Source of the DNA: Podarcis bocagei
Taxonomy: Eukaryota
Reading direction: 5' to 3' (one strand)
DNA: 64,000 nucleotides
NCBI GenBank assembly: GCA_964188305.1
Contig: OZ076901.1
Under the pieces are notes generated by a model. It was not told the origin of the DNA. It made no database searches and was given only the letters and a program-made list of their open reading frames with translations. Positions 37,401 to 50,575 of the stretch are shown piece after piece. Every line of letters begins with the position of its first letter. Position 1 is the first letter of the stretch. The translations under genes were made by a program, and so were the position numbers.

Positions 37401-38990
37401 CCATTCCATGTTTCTGTGTGTTTGAACCCAACCACAGCTCTGCTCTCACCACAGAGGGAATAGCAAGCGGGAAGGAAGTGGTCAGGTAACCTCTCATACC
37501 AGTGGAAGAGTAGAGGAATGCCTGCAAGGGAAGACAGGCTGAATGAGGAATTCAACTTAAATCAGCCATAAATTCCAGCCCTTTGTCACCTGTAGCAACC
37601 TGACCTCTGGCCTCACCTGGCAGGTTCTTGCTCCTTTTTGTCACTCACTGCCTTTACCTTAATTGCCATTTGCTGAACTTTCAGCGGAGCTTGCTTTTTT
37701 CCACCGTTGGATATCCAGATTTGAATTCCCTCGCAGTTAGGGTGCATGCATCTTAAGTCCTGAGTTTCCCTGTCTGTTCAGAGGGGAATCAGGTCCTGCT
37801 CATGATAGGCACCTTGAGCAGATCTAGCAGGTACTTCTCACCTTCCTGGTTCCTCCTTCCTTAACCCTGCTTACTCCCCAGTCTGCACCTGTTTCCTCCT
37901 GCTCCTCCTCTGTAAAGTTCTTCCTCTTGCTGTCCTTGCTTCTTTGTCTACTGTACCCCCACCCCCGGTGTCCCACCTCACGCAGCTCCACTCTTGGCCC
38001 AGACATCTCCTTGTCCTGTCCAGCCGGGTAGTTGCGCAGAGGCAGCAGCTGCCAGCCACACTCCCCTCAAAATCAGGTTAAATTTTTATGCAGAGGACAG
38101 TGAAAACATTGTGCCTATGTCTTTGCAGACAAAACCGGGGAGGGGGCTTATTCCTCAGAGGGGGTGGGGGTGGGTCTCATCAAGAATTGCACAGCCGTGG
38201 CAGAAATTGCCACACAAAGCCAAAACCCACTTTGAACTCTGATCCCTTTCGGAAGAGCGAGTTTTGGGCCCTTGCATACTCTTCCCCCACCCCGGCCCCA
38301 GTTCACCTCCTTAGGTACGTTGACAAAGTGTTGACTGACTGCAGTGTGACATTATATGTCAGGGAACAGAGTGGTAGGTTCTGGGTTTCTGTTTTCCTTT
38401 CTAAAGGTGGCTTCGGCATGACATTTTCTCCAGACCCTTGTGCTACGGAAACTGAGGCGATGGGCATGGAAGAGTTTAACATGTGCTCAGTAACTTCAGT
38501 GTCTTCAGTAAGTTTTCTAGTGCGTAGTTCCAGTGCAAAATGAACAAGAAATGGTTGTTGTGCCGTTTATTTTCCTGCTGTGGAAAACTTGAGTCATTTT
38601 TGAGCCACATGAGAGAACCATCCCAGGGAAGTCTTGGGTGATCTCCAAGTGTTCTCTTCTCTTTAATTTATATAGTGTCTTATTTTTTATTCTCTCTTCT
38701 TCTTTTTACACTTTTGTGTGTGAAAACTGGTGTAAAATGTATATGCCGATGAACTCATGCTCTTTCATGTAAATATTTTGTGGCACTCCCACCCATTCCT
38801 TGTAAATACTTAGATTCTCATTTTCTCCACACTGTTAAGGGGCGGGTGTGCTCGGTTTATTTTTATTTTTTATTTTTTAATTTGTACTGTAATGCTATGA
38901 TCAAGAGTTGAGGTGTCTTGTGCTATTAAAACAAACAAACCTAACAGTCCCACAAAAGTCAGATGTACAACTCAACAATTAATGAAGCCA
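34423..38990 (+). other. ARHGAP32: ARHGAP32 long 3'UTR (about 4.5 kb), probable end near ATTAAA at 38925-38930
   Basis: Follows the stop codon and contains no recognisable TE. The distal end is U/AU-rich, with ATTAAA at 38925 and a GU-rich tract (tggtggtgtctgtgtgtttgt) around 39005-39027. The exact cleavage site is inferred. Confidence 0.7.
38831..38837 (+). promoter_or_regulatory. miR-132/212 7mer-A1 seed match (ACTGTTA) in the distal 3'UTR
   Basis: Exact complement of miR-132-3p nt 2-7 (AACAGU) plus A. p250GAP/ARHGAP32 is an established miR-132 target in rodent neurons. Confidence 0.65.
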
Positions 38991-41900
38991 GGTTAAAACC
39001 TACTTGGTGGTGTCTGTGTGTTTGTCACTCCATTGCTGGGGATGGGGGTCAGTTGTGGGGCCCTGCAGTTTGAGGGGCACTCAGAAGTCTGTGACAGATA
39101 ATGCAGGTATGCTGCAAAGCTACTGCTGGTAGATGGTTGAGTCGCCTTTGTTGTGTACCTGTAGCCTCAGTGACCTTAGAAAAGACCCTTCAGTGCAAGG
39201 GAAGCCGCTCCTTCCAGAGCAGGTTGCACTCTTCTCTTCCTGCCAGAGTAGAGAGGCCCTCTTTATTGGGTGGGGGGGATGTACCTAGTCCAGACCACCA
39301 CACCCTAACAGGTAACTTCAACCTCCAAGACAACCACTGCCTGCTTTAGGCTTCTCCTATGCATCCTTCTTCCTGGCCTCTGATGCTCAGAAGCCTTCAG
39401 GAGGAGCCTTAAAGGTTTGTGGCCGTTTATCAGCCCAACCCTTACCTGCCTGCATCCTGTCCTGGCTAGTTTCTGGTGTGGCTACTTGTGAGCAAGCAGC
39501 CAGTCTGGCAGCTTCTTGCCCGGAAATGCGTAACTCTGAAACGTCCATATTTTTCTTCACCACCTTGGCAAGAATTCTCACGCTGAGAAGCTGTTGATCA
39601 TGTGCAGTGTGTTTCTATTCCTGCTCAAGTAAGTTTGACCTTCAAGGGGGTTCTTTAATAGAAGAGCATTAAATAATCCCATCAATCCTTGTTTTCATCC
39701 AGGAAGGCTTTAAAAATAGCACTACTTCCCAGTGTGCAGCAGGTGGCTCTGGCAATGAAGCACTCTTTGGTGGGAGGTGCGTCTTGGGAGCACACAGCCA
39801 AATCCTCACTGGGCAATGACTGGCTTGCGATGTACAGTATTCACACTTGTCCCTTTTCCTTCTGCAAAGATCACAAAGTGGCCACCCCTGGAAAGAGCAT
39901 GAGCCTCCTCTCCAATCCTCACATGGTCCCATCTGGTTTACAATTCCAAGAGCCAAGGATATACTCTGGGTAACAATTTAATTCAGCACACACTGAAAAT
40001 GTCAATCGATCTATAAAGCTATCAATGAATCTGGTGGTTTGCAAGGTGAAAGACGGCAAGTCACCACCTTGAAAAGCTTACAATCCAGAATTCAGTTCTT
40101 TGGAGACAACAGAGGAAGGGTAGTGAAATTAAGGGCAGAATTTGCACAAACATGCATTCATTTTTGTTGGAAAAAGAAACCCAAGCGAAACAAGCAAGGG
40201 GTTTTTTGTTGCCTTGTCCTTCAACCCTTCATTTGATTTGATGCAGAGAACCCTTTTGCCCAGAACTCTTTCTTGTGGCCACCTCCTCAATGTTTGCACC
40301 CTTTCTTTGTATAATGTCCCAATGCGCACTGCATTGCTGATCTAGGGAATTTCATATGAAGATACTGTAATTGCTTGTCTCTAGAAAGGGAAACATTGGA
40401 TGCAGAGGCAAATCAGTTTGCCTCTAGCTGTTGGTATTCTATTGTTTCCCACTGTAGCACACTGGGCCATTCAAATGGGCCATGAAATGCAGTGGGTGGT
40501 ATCCAAGTAAGTCATGTTCCAATTGAAATCAATGGACCCAAGTCATGACCATCTTAAGACTTAATAGGTTTACTCCAAGGGTGATTTAGATAGTTAGCAC
40601 TAGCTTCTGGGACATCAAATTCACCATCGCTTTTAGCTTCCTGCCAAACTACAGTATATTTCATAAGGATTTCATAGAATTGTAGAGTTGGAAAGGGACC
40701 ACAGGAATCTTTCACCCAATGTTGGTCTTAAATCCATGAGCCTGAGATTAATAGTCTCATGCTCTCTGTGCATTAGCATCCGGTTATTTTCTTTGGGTAA
40801 CTGTCTAAAAGAGAATTTGATGGGAAAAGCACTTGGTATGGAAACCTGGTGCAATAGGGCAGTGTAAGCCCTTGCTTGACACAATAGATTTCACGCAGCA
40901 TGTAAGATTAGTGATAGCTGTAGGAAGCAAATCCTGGAAGGGAAGATCACTTCCAGCTTGCAAACTACACAAGGAGAAAAAATATTGCAGCTTTACCCAT
41001 AATATCCACTGGAGGGTGCAATTGCTCTCTTAAAAGCTTTGGAGATGCATTATTTTGAGTGCTCAAGGCCCCCAGCCACTCATTACTCTGCAGAATTCGT
41101 TACAATTTTAAGTGTGTGTTTTAACCCATTCTCTAACTCCCCCTTTTTTGCTCTCTTCTCTGTAGTGAGCTGTCTTCTTTCTGTTGGCACTGCAGGTCTC
41201 CACTTTCACTGTTATCCCCCCTTTTCACTCTCCCAACTCTCTGTATCACCAAAGGTATATGGAGCCATCGCCCCTGCTTTCTCGGTTTCCCTCCTGAAAT
41301 ATGTGTCTCCAGTCTCATTTCTCAGTTCCTCCTCTCTCCTGGTTTACCCCCTTTGAGCACTCTTTTCTGCTCCAGCGTATATAGAGAGAAGAGAGAGAGG
41401 GGGTATGTTCTTTGAACCCCAAATTCACTGCAGTCAGCTTGGCAAAAAAAGGAATCGGGAGCAGTGTTGGCACTCTTCCTACCTCTGCATTCACATTTGA
41501 ATGATTTGGGTGGGCTTTAGATATTTCAACAATAGATGTGGGAAACTGCTGCAAATATTGAATATTATGGACTTCCCCCAGGAGAGTGGAAATAGATAGG
41601 AAAGGGATGCTAAACAGCCCAACTCTGTGCATATTTGTTTCAAACACCTGTGCCCTTCTTTCACTTTGGAAAGCAAACCTTAATTTAAGAATTTTAAAAT
41701 GCAAATTACATAAACATTACAATGGGGGGTGTCAACCCAGAGAGCAATGGATTAAACCCAATCTGCGACCAAGAAGCCACATTAACATGGAAGATTTTGA
41801 CCAGCTTCCAGAAGCTCATTAAAGGGGGCAACAGTTCCCTCTCTGTTTGCACCAAAGATCATTCACAAGGGCAGGCTGTCCCCAAGAATCTGCTGGAACA

Positions 41901-42233
41901 CAACAATGAGAAGGGACCTTCGTAGCCTTAAGAAGTTCATCTCCCAAACAGTGATAGCTGTGATGTGTTGCTTATAGTTATATAGACAGTTTCAAATGCT
42001 TCTATGAGCAAGGAATCACTATAATATTTGCATTTGTTTCTTTCCATTGGGACATAAGCCATGTTTAGAGCTGCTCACAAAAACCCACAAGGAATTGTCT
42101 GCATGAAGCCTTCTGTGCCCTCAGGTTGCTCTTCCACTAGAGTCATCTCTGTCCTATTTTCAGCACATTCAATACAACTGGGGTGGGCAGACTTAAGGCT
42201 TGCAGGATCTACTTGGTGGTGGTTCCTTTAGAA

Positions 42234-42368
42234 CAGGCAAGGCAAACTCGGCCCTCCAGATGTTTTGGGACTACAATTCCCATCATCCCTGACCACTGGT
42301 CCTGTTAGCTAGGGATCATGGGAGTTGCAGTCCCAAAACATCTGGAGGGCCGAGTTTGCCTATGCCTG
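42234..42368. mobile_element. Palindromic hAT MITE with 8-bp TSD
   Basis: CTTTAGAA|CAGGCAAGGCAAACTCGGCCCTCCAGATG ... CATCTGGAGGGCCGAGTTTGCCTATGCCTG|CTTTAGAA; near-perfect hairpin. Confidence 0.93.
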
Positions 42369-42398
42369 CTTTAGAACCCCAAAATACTCTTTAACTAG

Positions 42399-42734
42399 TA
42401 AGTAAAGGGACCCCTGACTATTAGGTCCAGTTGTGGCCGACTCTGGGGTTGCGGCGTTCATCTTGCTTTATTGGCCGAGGGAGCCAGCGTACAGCTTCCG
42501 GGTCATGTGGCCAGCATGACTAAGCTGCTTCTGGCAAACCAGAGCAGCACACGGAAACACCGTTTACCTTCCCTCTGGAGCAATACCTATTTATCTACTT
42601 GCACTTTGACGTGCTTTCGAACTGCTAGGTTGGCAGGAACAGGGACTGAGCAACGGGAGCTCACCCCATTGCGGGGATTCGAACCGCCAACCTTTTGATT
42701 GGCAAGTCCTAGGCTCTGTGGTTTAACCCACAGC
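42399..42734 (-). mobile_element. Sauria SINE, slightly 5'-truncated, with 10-bp TSD
   Basis: CTTTAACTAG direct repeats at 42389-42398 and 42735-42744; body homologous to the 54649 copy. Confidence 0.92.
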
Positions 42735-44649
42735 CTTTAACTAGAGTCAGGTGCAAAATGGTGGCAGAAGAGGGAGCAGGGTAGCTTCTTAGAAGTCAGG
42801 GCACCTCTAAGCACATGCTCAGCCTAGGAACTTTCTTCCAGTACTGGACCTGAACCTGCAGCCCTGGCACACAAAAGCCCACTCCTGATTCCTGCACACA
42901 AGCAAGCTGTTCGGTATGTGCTATTTTAAAAACAATTGGGAGGGAAATCCATGCTGATTAACTGCAAATTACTTTGATATATACTCGTAGACGACTCCTG
43001 CCCAGTGCCCACTTCTAAAGTACAGCATCTTCCCCCAAAAAATAATGACCCCAAGCAATGCTGTTAACTTTGTACCTTCATAGCCACACAACACAGCTCT
43101 CTATGGGTGCCTCCAGACTCAGTATTTTATGGGAGAGATTCAAGCATCTAACACTAGGCTTGTGCAATTAAAGTGCTCCGTCGCCCTAGCAGAATAAAGA
43201 AACTTTGTTTTGTTTGAAAAAAGAACTGACTTCTTGCTGTTTGGAAGGTGATGGGGGCATGCACTGAAATGTGAGAGGTGAACAAATGATAAATGGGATG
43301 ACATGTAAACGCCCTGCAAGCAAAAATCAGGACGGATGCTCGTTCTGTAACCTCCCATCATTGTCCTATGACACCCCCCCCCCCAACAAATTGGAGCAAA
43401 TGTTCAACAAAAAGCGGACATAATCTAACCACAGCGCAAGCTTTGTGCAGCAAACCAGGATGAATGCTGCATAAATGGCATTTGGAGGAGCCCTAAGATA
43501 TGATAACAAATTCAACCTTGAGGAAGGGTGGGAGAGAAGAAAGGAACGGTGCAGAGACAGGGATGGGTTTGGTATAGAAGAGGGGACAGGGAAGAGGGTG
43601 GAGACAGACTCATGGCGGCTGGGCCTCTCAAAAGGTGCCGGCTGAACAGAAGCAGCTCCTATCCAATACACAGAATGGCAGCGTTAATACTTGGTGCATC
43701 TCAACTGTTCAGAGTGTTCCACACACAATAATCTCATTAATCTGCACCATCTGGGTTGGGGGTGTGATGGAGGGAACTTCAGCCTCTGCCAAAAGCACAG
43801 CGATCACATGATCCAAGGTCATTTCCCAAGATGCAGAAGCTTCTGTCGCAAAAGGTGCTGGCAGCCCCATTCATCTCAGAGTGCTGCTGTCTGCTCGCCT
43901 GATTAGTTGCTAATGCGAAGGGCAATCTCAGCAGTGTAGGGTCGTGCGTCTTTTACCTGGAGTTTGTCAAAACCACGTCCTGGATTGACGATGTATAGGA
44001 TCAGTTTGCAAGGGAGTCAATTTCTGAGGACTGGGTCAGCAAACCATTTCAAGTCGCTGAGAAGGATGGTGTCACTTGCCGGGCGAGATGATGAAAGGTG
44101 CTGTCAGGATGCAGACGTGTCCATGCTATTAATAAGCATCTCGGCTGAGGTGGTTGGAGATGATGAGTGTAACATCACAGTTTACAAAGAGGCGTTGGGT
44201 GTCTGAGCGATAAGAGCAGCTTCTTCGTCACAAGTGTCACATGGAGATGGCTATCTTCCTCCAAAGCAGTTCTACAACTTGGCCACAAGGGGTCAGGCTC
44301 CAAGGTCCAAACTAGATGCAGTTCAGATATTCAAAATAAAAAATAATGATTGTTTAATCTACTCCCTTCCCTTTCCTGGATGCTTTTAACTTATTTTAAG
44401 TGAGAGGTTCTTGTAACGGATTCCTGTATTATATCCAGTTTGGCCCAGTCCTATGCAAGTTTATTTTGAAGTATGAACCACGGTTTAGGATTTGATTGCA
44501 GCCTTAACTGGGACACACCATATGTATGTTTTAGCTTAATACAACTGCCCCACCTCATATCTTTGAACTAGGGTGGGCTAGAGGCTGTGACCCTATGCAC
44601 ACTTAACCCTTTCAATGCCATGCCATATACTTTCAAGTATTACTGTATT

Positions 44650-44862
44650 GAGTTGTTATTTTTTCATTACATTTGTATCCTACTCTTCCTCCAAGGAGTT
44701 CAAGGTGATGTACCATAGTTCTCCTCTGCATTTAATCCCCACAACAACCCTGCAAGGTACGTTAGGCTCAGAGGCAGGGACTGGTCCAAGGTCACCCAGA
44801 GTGGGGATTTGTATCCCAGTCACCCAGGTCTTTGTTTTGACACTTTAACTGCAACACCACAC
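44650..44862 (-). mobile_element. Old CORE/Squam3-like SINE
   Basis: cccacaacaaccctgcaagg...ggtccaaggtcacccag...gggatttgtatccca, reverse of the core and B-box. Confidence 0.6.
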
Positions 44863-45122
44863 ATGCATAGAATTGTTCTGTAAATGAATTATGAAGAGGG
44901 TTCTCAAGGATGAACTTTTTAGGAATAAGCAGTGAGTTGTCTGTGCTGGGGGCGGGGGGAGGCCACTGAAAAATCCCCAATGTGACCACCAAACTGCTGC
45001 AAAGTGTTGATCTCCATGCCCTCCTTTACTCCAAAGGATGAATTCTGGAAGCTGAATTTAGTCATTGTGACCAGCAGCCATTAACAGTCTTCTCCATGAA
45101 TTTTCATCCCCTTTTAAGGCCA

Positions 45123-45772
45123 TTGACCACAAACTTGACATGAGCCAACAGTGTGACGCGACAGCTAAAAAAGCCAATGCAATTCTGGGCTGCATCAATA
45201 GGAGTATAGCATCTAGATCAAGGGAAGTAATAGTGCCACTGTATTCTGCTCTGGTCAGACCTCACCTGGAGTACTGTGTCCAGTTCTGGGCACCACAGTT
45301 CAAGAAGGACACTGACAAACTGGAACGTGTCCAGAGGAGGGCAACCAAAATGGTCAAAGGTCTGGAAACGATGCCTTATGAGGAACGGCTAAGGGAGCTG
45401 GGCATGTTTAGCCTGGAGAAGAGGAGGTTAAGGGGTGATATGATAGCCATGTTCAAATATATAAAAGGATGTCACATAGAGGAGGGAGAAAGGTTGTTTT
45501 CTGCTGCTCCAGAGAAGCGGACACGGAGCAATGGATCCAAACTACAAGAAAGAAGATTCCACCTAAACATTAGGAAGAACTTCCTGACAGTGAGAGCTGT
45601 TCGACAGTGGAATTTGCTGCCAAGGAGTGTGGTGGAGTCTCCTACTTTGGAGGTCTTTAAGCAGAGGCTTGACAACCATATGTCAGGAGTGCTCTGATGG
45701 TGTTTCCTGCTTGGCAGGGGGTTGGACTCGATGGCCCTTGTGGTCTCTTCCAACTCTATGATTCTATGATTC
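45123..45772 (+). mobile_element. Young 5'-truncated CR1 LINE (ORF2 RT C-terminus intact), nested in an older minus-strand CR1
   Basis: ORF 45140..45697 ([19 protein letters not shown]...[11 protein letters not shown]...WNLLP) is the classic CR1 ORF2 end; (ATTCTATG)n tail; flanks resemble a reversed CR1 remnant. Confidence 0.95.
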
Positions 45773-46051
45773 ATTTAAGCAGGCAGATCACCACTCCCAT
45801 CTTCAGGTAGCGAATCCTTGAATTGCACTCTGGGTGGGAAAACATGCTGAATCTCCTGCAAATCTATTTCACCAGATGGTCCCAAGCTTAGTATTGTGAG
45901 AAAGTGAGAATAACCTCTTTCCACTTTCTCTGTACCTTGCATCTCCCCTTCCTTATCCACCTCCCCCCCTTCAAAAAAACCCTAAATATACTCCAGCATT
46001 GTAACTGGTCCATCCCCCTTGATGGTTGGTTGGCCCCTTCTTGCTCTACTA

Positions 46052-46253
46052 CAGGCATGTCCAACTTCCAAGAGACTGCGATCTACTCCCACTATAAAAA
46101 AAAACTGGCAGTGATCTACCCATTACATTGACCAAATTTGCTGAGTTTTTTGGGGGGAGAGGCAAAGTTGTTGAGCTTTTTTGGATCACGCGATTGATCA
46201 GGGCTGCTCCGCGATCGACCGGTAGATCGCGATCAACCTGTTGGACATGCCTC
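46052..46253. mobile_element. Non-autonomous hAT element with 8-bp TSD
   Basis: CTCTACTA|CAGGCATGTCCAAC ... GTTGGACATGCCTC|CTCTGCTA; subterminal GATCGAC/GATCTAC motifs. Confidence 0.88.
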
Positions 46254-47005
46254 CTCTGCTATATCCTTTATTGAGATGAGGAACCAGGACTATATACTGT
46301 ACTGGTATTGCGAGGGAGGAGTAGAGAAACTATGGATCGTCTCTCATTATAATAGGCCCCTAAAATAAAGTCCTTTCTGATTGTCAGACTCTCTGTTGCC
46401 GAGCTATGAAAGAGAGCCTCGCCCTCTACTTTAAAAGTTAGAAGCAGTCAATAAAAATTAATTGGAGGGGGGATATTTGAAGCAGGAAAGGATTTTTCTC
46501 CACTCCATTTTTTAAGTACCACTCTGGTGCTTGTCTTTCTTCTCTCACCCTCCGTGCCCCTTTCTTTTCAATCTTGTCCAATTACCAGATTTGTTCTTCC
46601 AAACTAGTAAACTTAATTAAGAGTTCCAAAGATCATCTCTGTGTTGGCGCTTTTCTCATTATGGGGCCCTATCTTGGCTGCGATTAGCTTTCTGCTGATG
46701 CCAGCAGCTCAGGTAGAACAGCCAAGAGAGATCTCTTGGCCTGGCCCGAAAAGCTGGCTTAATCCCCTGCATCTTCTGCCACCCCACAGGCCATGGGGTG
46801 GTTGCTCGTGAACTTCCTCGCCTGCAAAGAGAGCCAGCAGCTGGGGGGAGGGGGCAGAACGGTGAGGAGGATTTGCTCTGTATCTGGTTGGTACATGAGC
46901 ATCTGTTATCATCAGCAAGGGGGAGCAGAGTTAGCCAATGAAAGAAGCAGTGAGAGACTCTCTTGAATTTCAGTTCAGAGGAAAGGCAAGCAAGAGGCCC
47001 TAGAA

Positions 47006-47141
47006 CAGGCATCCCCAAGCTCAGCCCTCCAGATGTTTTGGGACTACAACTCCCATCATCCTTAGCTAACAGGACCAGTGGTCAGGGATGATGGGAATTG
47101 TAGTCCCAAAACACCTGGAGGGCCAAATTTGGGGATGCCTG
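47006..47141. mobile_element. Palindromic hAT MITE (family of 42234), 8-bp TSD
   Basis: CCCTAGAA|CAGGCATCCCCAAG ... TTTGGGGATGCCTG|CCCTAGAA; loop inverted relative to the 42234 copy. Confidence 0.92.
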
Positions 47142-49490
47142 CCCTAGAAGGTGTAGGGCCCATAGGCTAGTGCCTACTCTGCCTATTTGGTGATTTGGCA
47201 CTGGGACTGGCAGCAGGCAAGAAGCCATTTTCCTGGCCACTGTTTCTGTCACAACATGTCAGTAAAAGTAGTAATATAGTAGACTATGGAATAATTGCAA
47301 ATGGAGGTTCAGAAAAACAAGAGGGATCTGGGGAAGGTATGCTTCTGTCCCCTCCAACCTCATTCCATCCATTTCAGGATTATATTGTTGCCCCACTGAT
47401 ATGTGGTTGACTTTTGTCTCTGCCTGCTGAATGAAATTTCATCCATGACAGTTGTGGTTTTCCAGCTATGCTTTTCCCCACCACATTACCCAGTGGCAGA
47501 GGATTGATTCTTTTCTTGCACCGCTTAAGAAAGTGCTGTTGCCAACGTTCACAGAGTCAGTTCCTTCATCTTTAGCTCTCTTCAAAAGAGTTTGGGCAGG
47601 GAAATCAGTTCTACGCACTGGGGTGAGTTCTCTGTCTGGTGCATGGAAAGTGAAGAGTTGTGTGAAAGCAACCACCACCTCTTCTTCATGCACACCTGAG
47701 TCTCAGGTGGGAAGAAAGGGATTGGCAGAGCATGTGAGAACCCTGAGCACTTCCTCGTGAACCACAGTATCCTGTCAGGAAACATACTCGGATCTCCTGC
47801 TACAAGTAGAATTGGATCTGGAAGGTGGGTGGCAGTGAGCTTGGACCATACACAGAACAGCTCAAAACAACATAAAATGAGATGTTGGAGTGTCTCCATT
47901 TCGTCCTATGAACTGTGCATTCTAGAACTTTATGGCCAGGGAATTTGGGCTGATGGTGGTGGAAAGAAGCTGTTTATACAGTACAGATGCCAGATTTATG
48001 TCTGTTCTAACTGAGGGAGGTACAATCCATGATAATTTCAAACAAACAACACAGCAGTTCAAGGGTTTAGCAAATAGTAAAGTGGCATGTCATCTGCATA
48101 GGGCGAAAAGGATTAGAAGCAGCATGCCGATCGTTGTATTATTGTGTTCTGAGAGTATTTATTTTGGAAACAGCAACAAAAGTGTACCTTGGAAAACTTT
48201 GCTCTTCGGACTTACAAACCATAAGAATGGGAAAACTCTAGATCTGAGCAGTCATTTTTTGTTTTTGATCAATGTACCTAATTCCATATAGTCATCACTC
48301 TTCCGTTATGAAGGTCTGAAATGTGTCTCTCTCTCTGTGTATTTGTCTTGCTACTTTCCCCCTCCCACTGTACATGACCTAAAATCACACCTCTGTGTCT
48401 TTTAAGTGCTAAGCCTAGCAGGAAATGAATGTGATGATTTTTTGATTTGTTTTAAAAAAGAAAATCTTGGGCTTCCAAGAGGACAAGGGATGGGTCTCGG
48501 GAGTCCTACCCCTCTAAATGCTGGACCATACTGGAAATGATTTGCTGGTTCAATTACATTATCTACTCTGCTCTTTCAAGGATGAACTTGGCAGCAAATG
48601 TTTTCCGCACAGCAAAATAAATTATAGATATTTCCCAGAGTGCCAGCATTGGAGTCAATAAATGGAAGGCCTACGCCCCCTCCCTTACAGCTTTTACTCT
48701 GCTAAGTCCATTCCCACTTGCTTAAGTTACCAGTAACTAGTGCAACAGGTCTCCTGCAGGAAGCAAAACTTCCTATGGTTGAGGACCAGCTGAGTCTGCC
48801 ATGAATTACTGAGTTGCCAAAATGCAGTGGTTTCTGCTGCTAGCTGTCTCTCATGTCTCCCAAGGAAGGTGTAATTTGCTCTGAAAGACTGGCAGGGTTC
48901 CACTATGATGGTGGAGGACAGAACCTGAGCAGCAGAGCAGAAAGCCCCTGGGCAGATCCAGTTAATAAAAATAAACCTGGTAAAAAGTTGTTGGAAATAT
49001 GATGCTTCATTTATCTGAATGAGATTCTGGAGAAAGGCTGTCAGTCAGAGCAGGCAGTATTAAGCTACATGGACAATATCTGTGTGCCTGTGTTGTTGTT
49101 TTAAAAAATTATCATGAATATTGCCTCCCTCAGTTATGCCAGGGACAAATTCTTCCTCCAACCCCAACAAAACCCCTGGCCATCTCTCTGCTGAACAGAG
49201 GTTATAAAATTGTGGTTAGAATCTGAGCAAAGAGATTGAATGAAAGAAGACTGGCAAAGACATCAAGCCAGCTCAAACTGCACGAAGGGCAATAAACATC
49301 ATTATGTGTTTATAAGGGGTTAGACTAGATGACCCGTGGGGTCCCTTCCAACTCTACAGTTCTGTGAGTCCATGGCCTCAGAAGGTGGTAGTCTCTCCTT
49401 CCTTAGATACTTTTAAACAGGTTTGATGACCGTCTGTCAGGAAGTCTTTCACTGTGATCCCTGCATTGCAGGGAGATGGGATAGATGACC

Positions 49491-49713
49491 CAGTGTAATC
49501 TGGTGAACCGGGTTCGCATCCCCGCTCCTCCACATGCAGCTGCTGGGTGACCTTGGGCTAGCCACACTTCTCTGAAGTCTCTCAGCCTCACTCACCTCAC
49601 AGAGTGTTTGTTGTGGGGGAGGAAGGAAAAGGAGAATGTTAGCTGCTTTGAGACTCCTTCGGGTAGTGATAAAGCAGGATATCAAATCCAAACTCTTCTT
49701 CTTCTTCTTCTTC
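49491..49713 (+). mobile_element. Squam3-type SINE (5' deletion) with (CTT)n tail, inserted in a CR1 tail
   Basis: taatctggtgaaccgggttcgc...gctgctgggtgaccttgggc...aaactcttcttcttc; near-identical to the 61262 copy; flanks join as gatgaccc...ttcctttccagctctat. Confidence 0.88.
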
Positions 49714-50201
49714 CCTGGGTTCCTTTCCAGCTCTATAATGCTGCAATATCAATTTCATTTCCAACTTTCTTTCCCTTACTTTGATGTATTGTTTTGATTT
49801 TTATTTGAAGAGGGGGAATCCATAACTTAGGAGACCACGTCTGTCAGTGTGCAGAATGTAAGTCAGGCATGTTGAACTTCCACCTCATTAAGCCAGTTTT
49901 CTAGGAATCAATAAATTGTTGAGCGTGTATGTTTAAAAAATGAGGAAGTCTCTAGTCCTCATCACTATAAAGAAATGGTGGGGCAGTGTGGGAAACTTCC
50001 ACTCAATACCTCAAAACAAGGCCTTTCCTAGCTGGTGGTCAGCAATCTTGTTCAAATATCCCTACCCAACAAGTTTCTATTTTATTCCTTCAGTGCTCAG
50101 ATATTTGGGTGATCTTTGAGAAGCGTATAAACAAGATAAGTCACCCAATCTTATTCTGGGCTGGGGTACTCAGGAAACCACCTCTGAATCACAGGGACTA
50201 G

Positions 50202-50575
50202 TGATGCTTTTGAATTATGGTGCTGGAGGAGACTCTTGAGAGTTCCATGGACTGCAAGAAGATCAAACCTATCCATTCTGAAGGAAATCAGCCCTGAGTG
50301 CTCACTGGAAGGACAGATCCTGAAGTTGAGGCTCCAATACTTTGGCCACCTCATGAGAAGAGAAGACTCCCTGGAAAAGACCCTGATGCTGGGAAAGATG
50401 GAGGGCACAAGGAGAAGGGGAAGACAGAGGACAAGATGGTTGGACAGTGTTCTCGAAGCTACCAGCATGAGTTTGACCAAACTGCAGGAGGCAGTGGAAG
50501 ACAGGAGTGCCTGGCGTGCTCTGGTCCATGGGGTCAGGAAGAGTCGGACACGACTAAACGACTAAACAACAACAA
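50202..50575 (+). mobile_element. BovB (RTE) LINE 3' fragment
   Basis: ORF LRVPWTARRSNLSILKEISPECSLEGQILKLRLQYFGHLMRREDSLEKTLMLGK...RRRGRQRTRWLD...SRTRLND is the BovB ORF end; (CAA)n tail. Confidence 0.95.

Noticed and set aside
44085-44210. Two tandem ATGATGA...CTGA pairs resembling C/D box snoRNAs
   Set aside because: No terminal stems, the second pair is too short, no recognisable rRNA antisense element, and no host intron.
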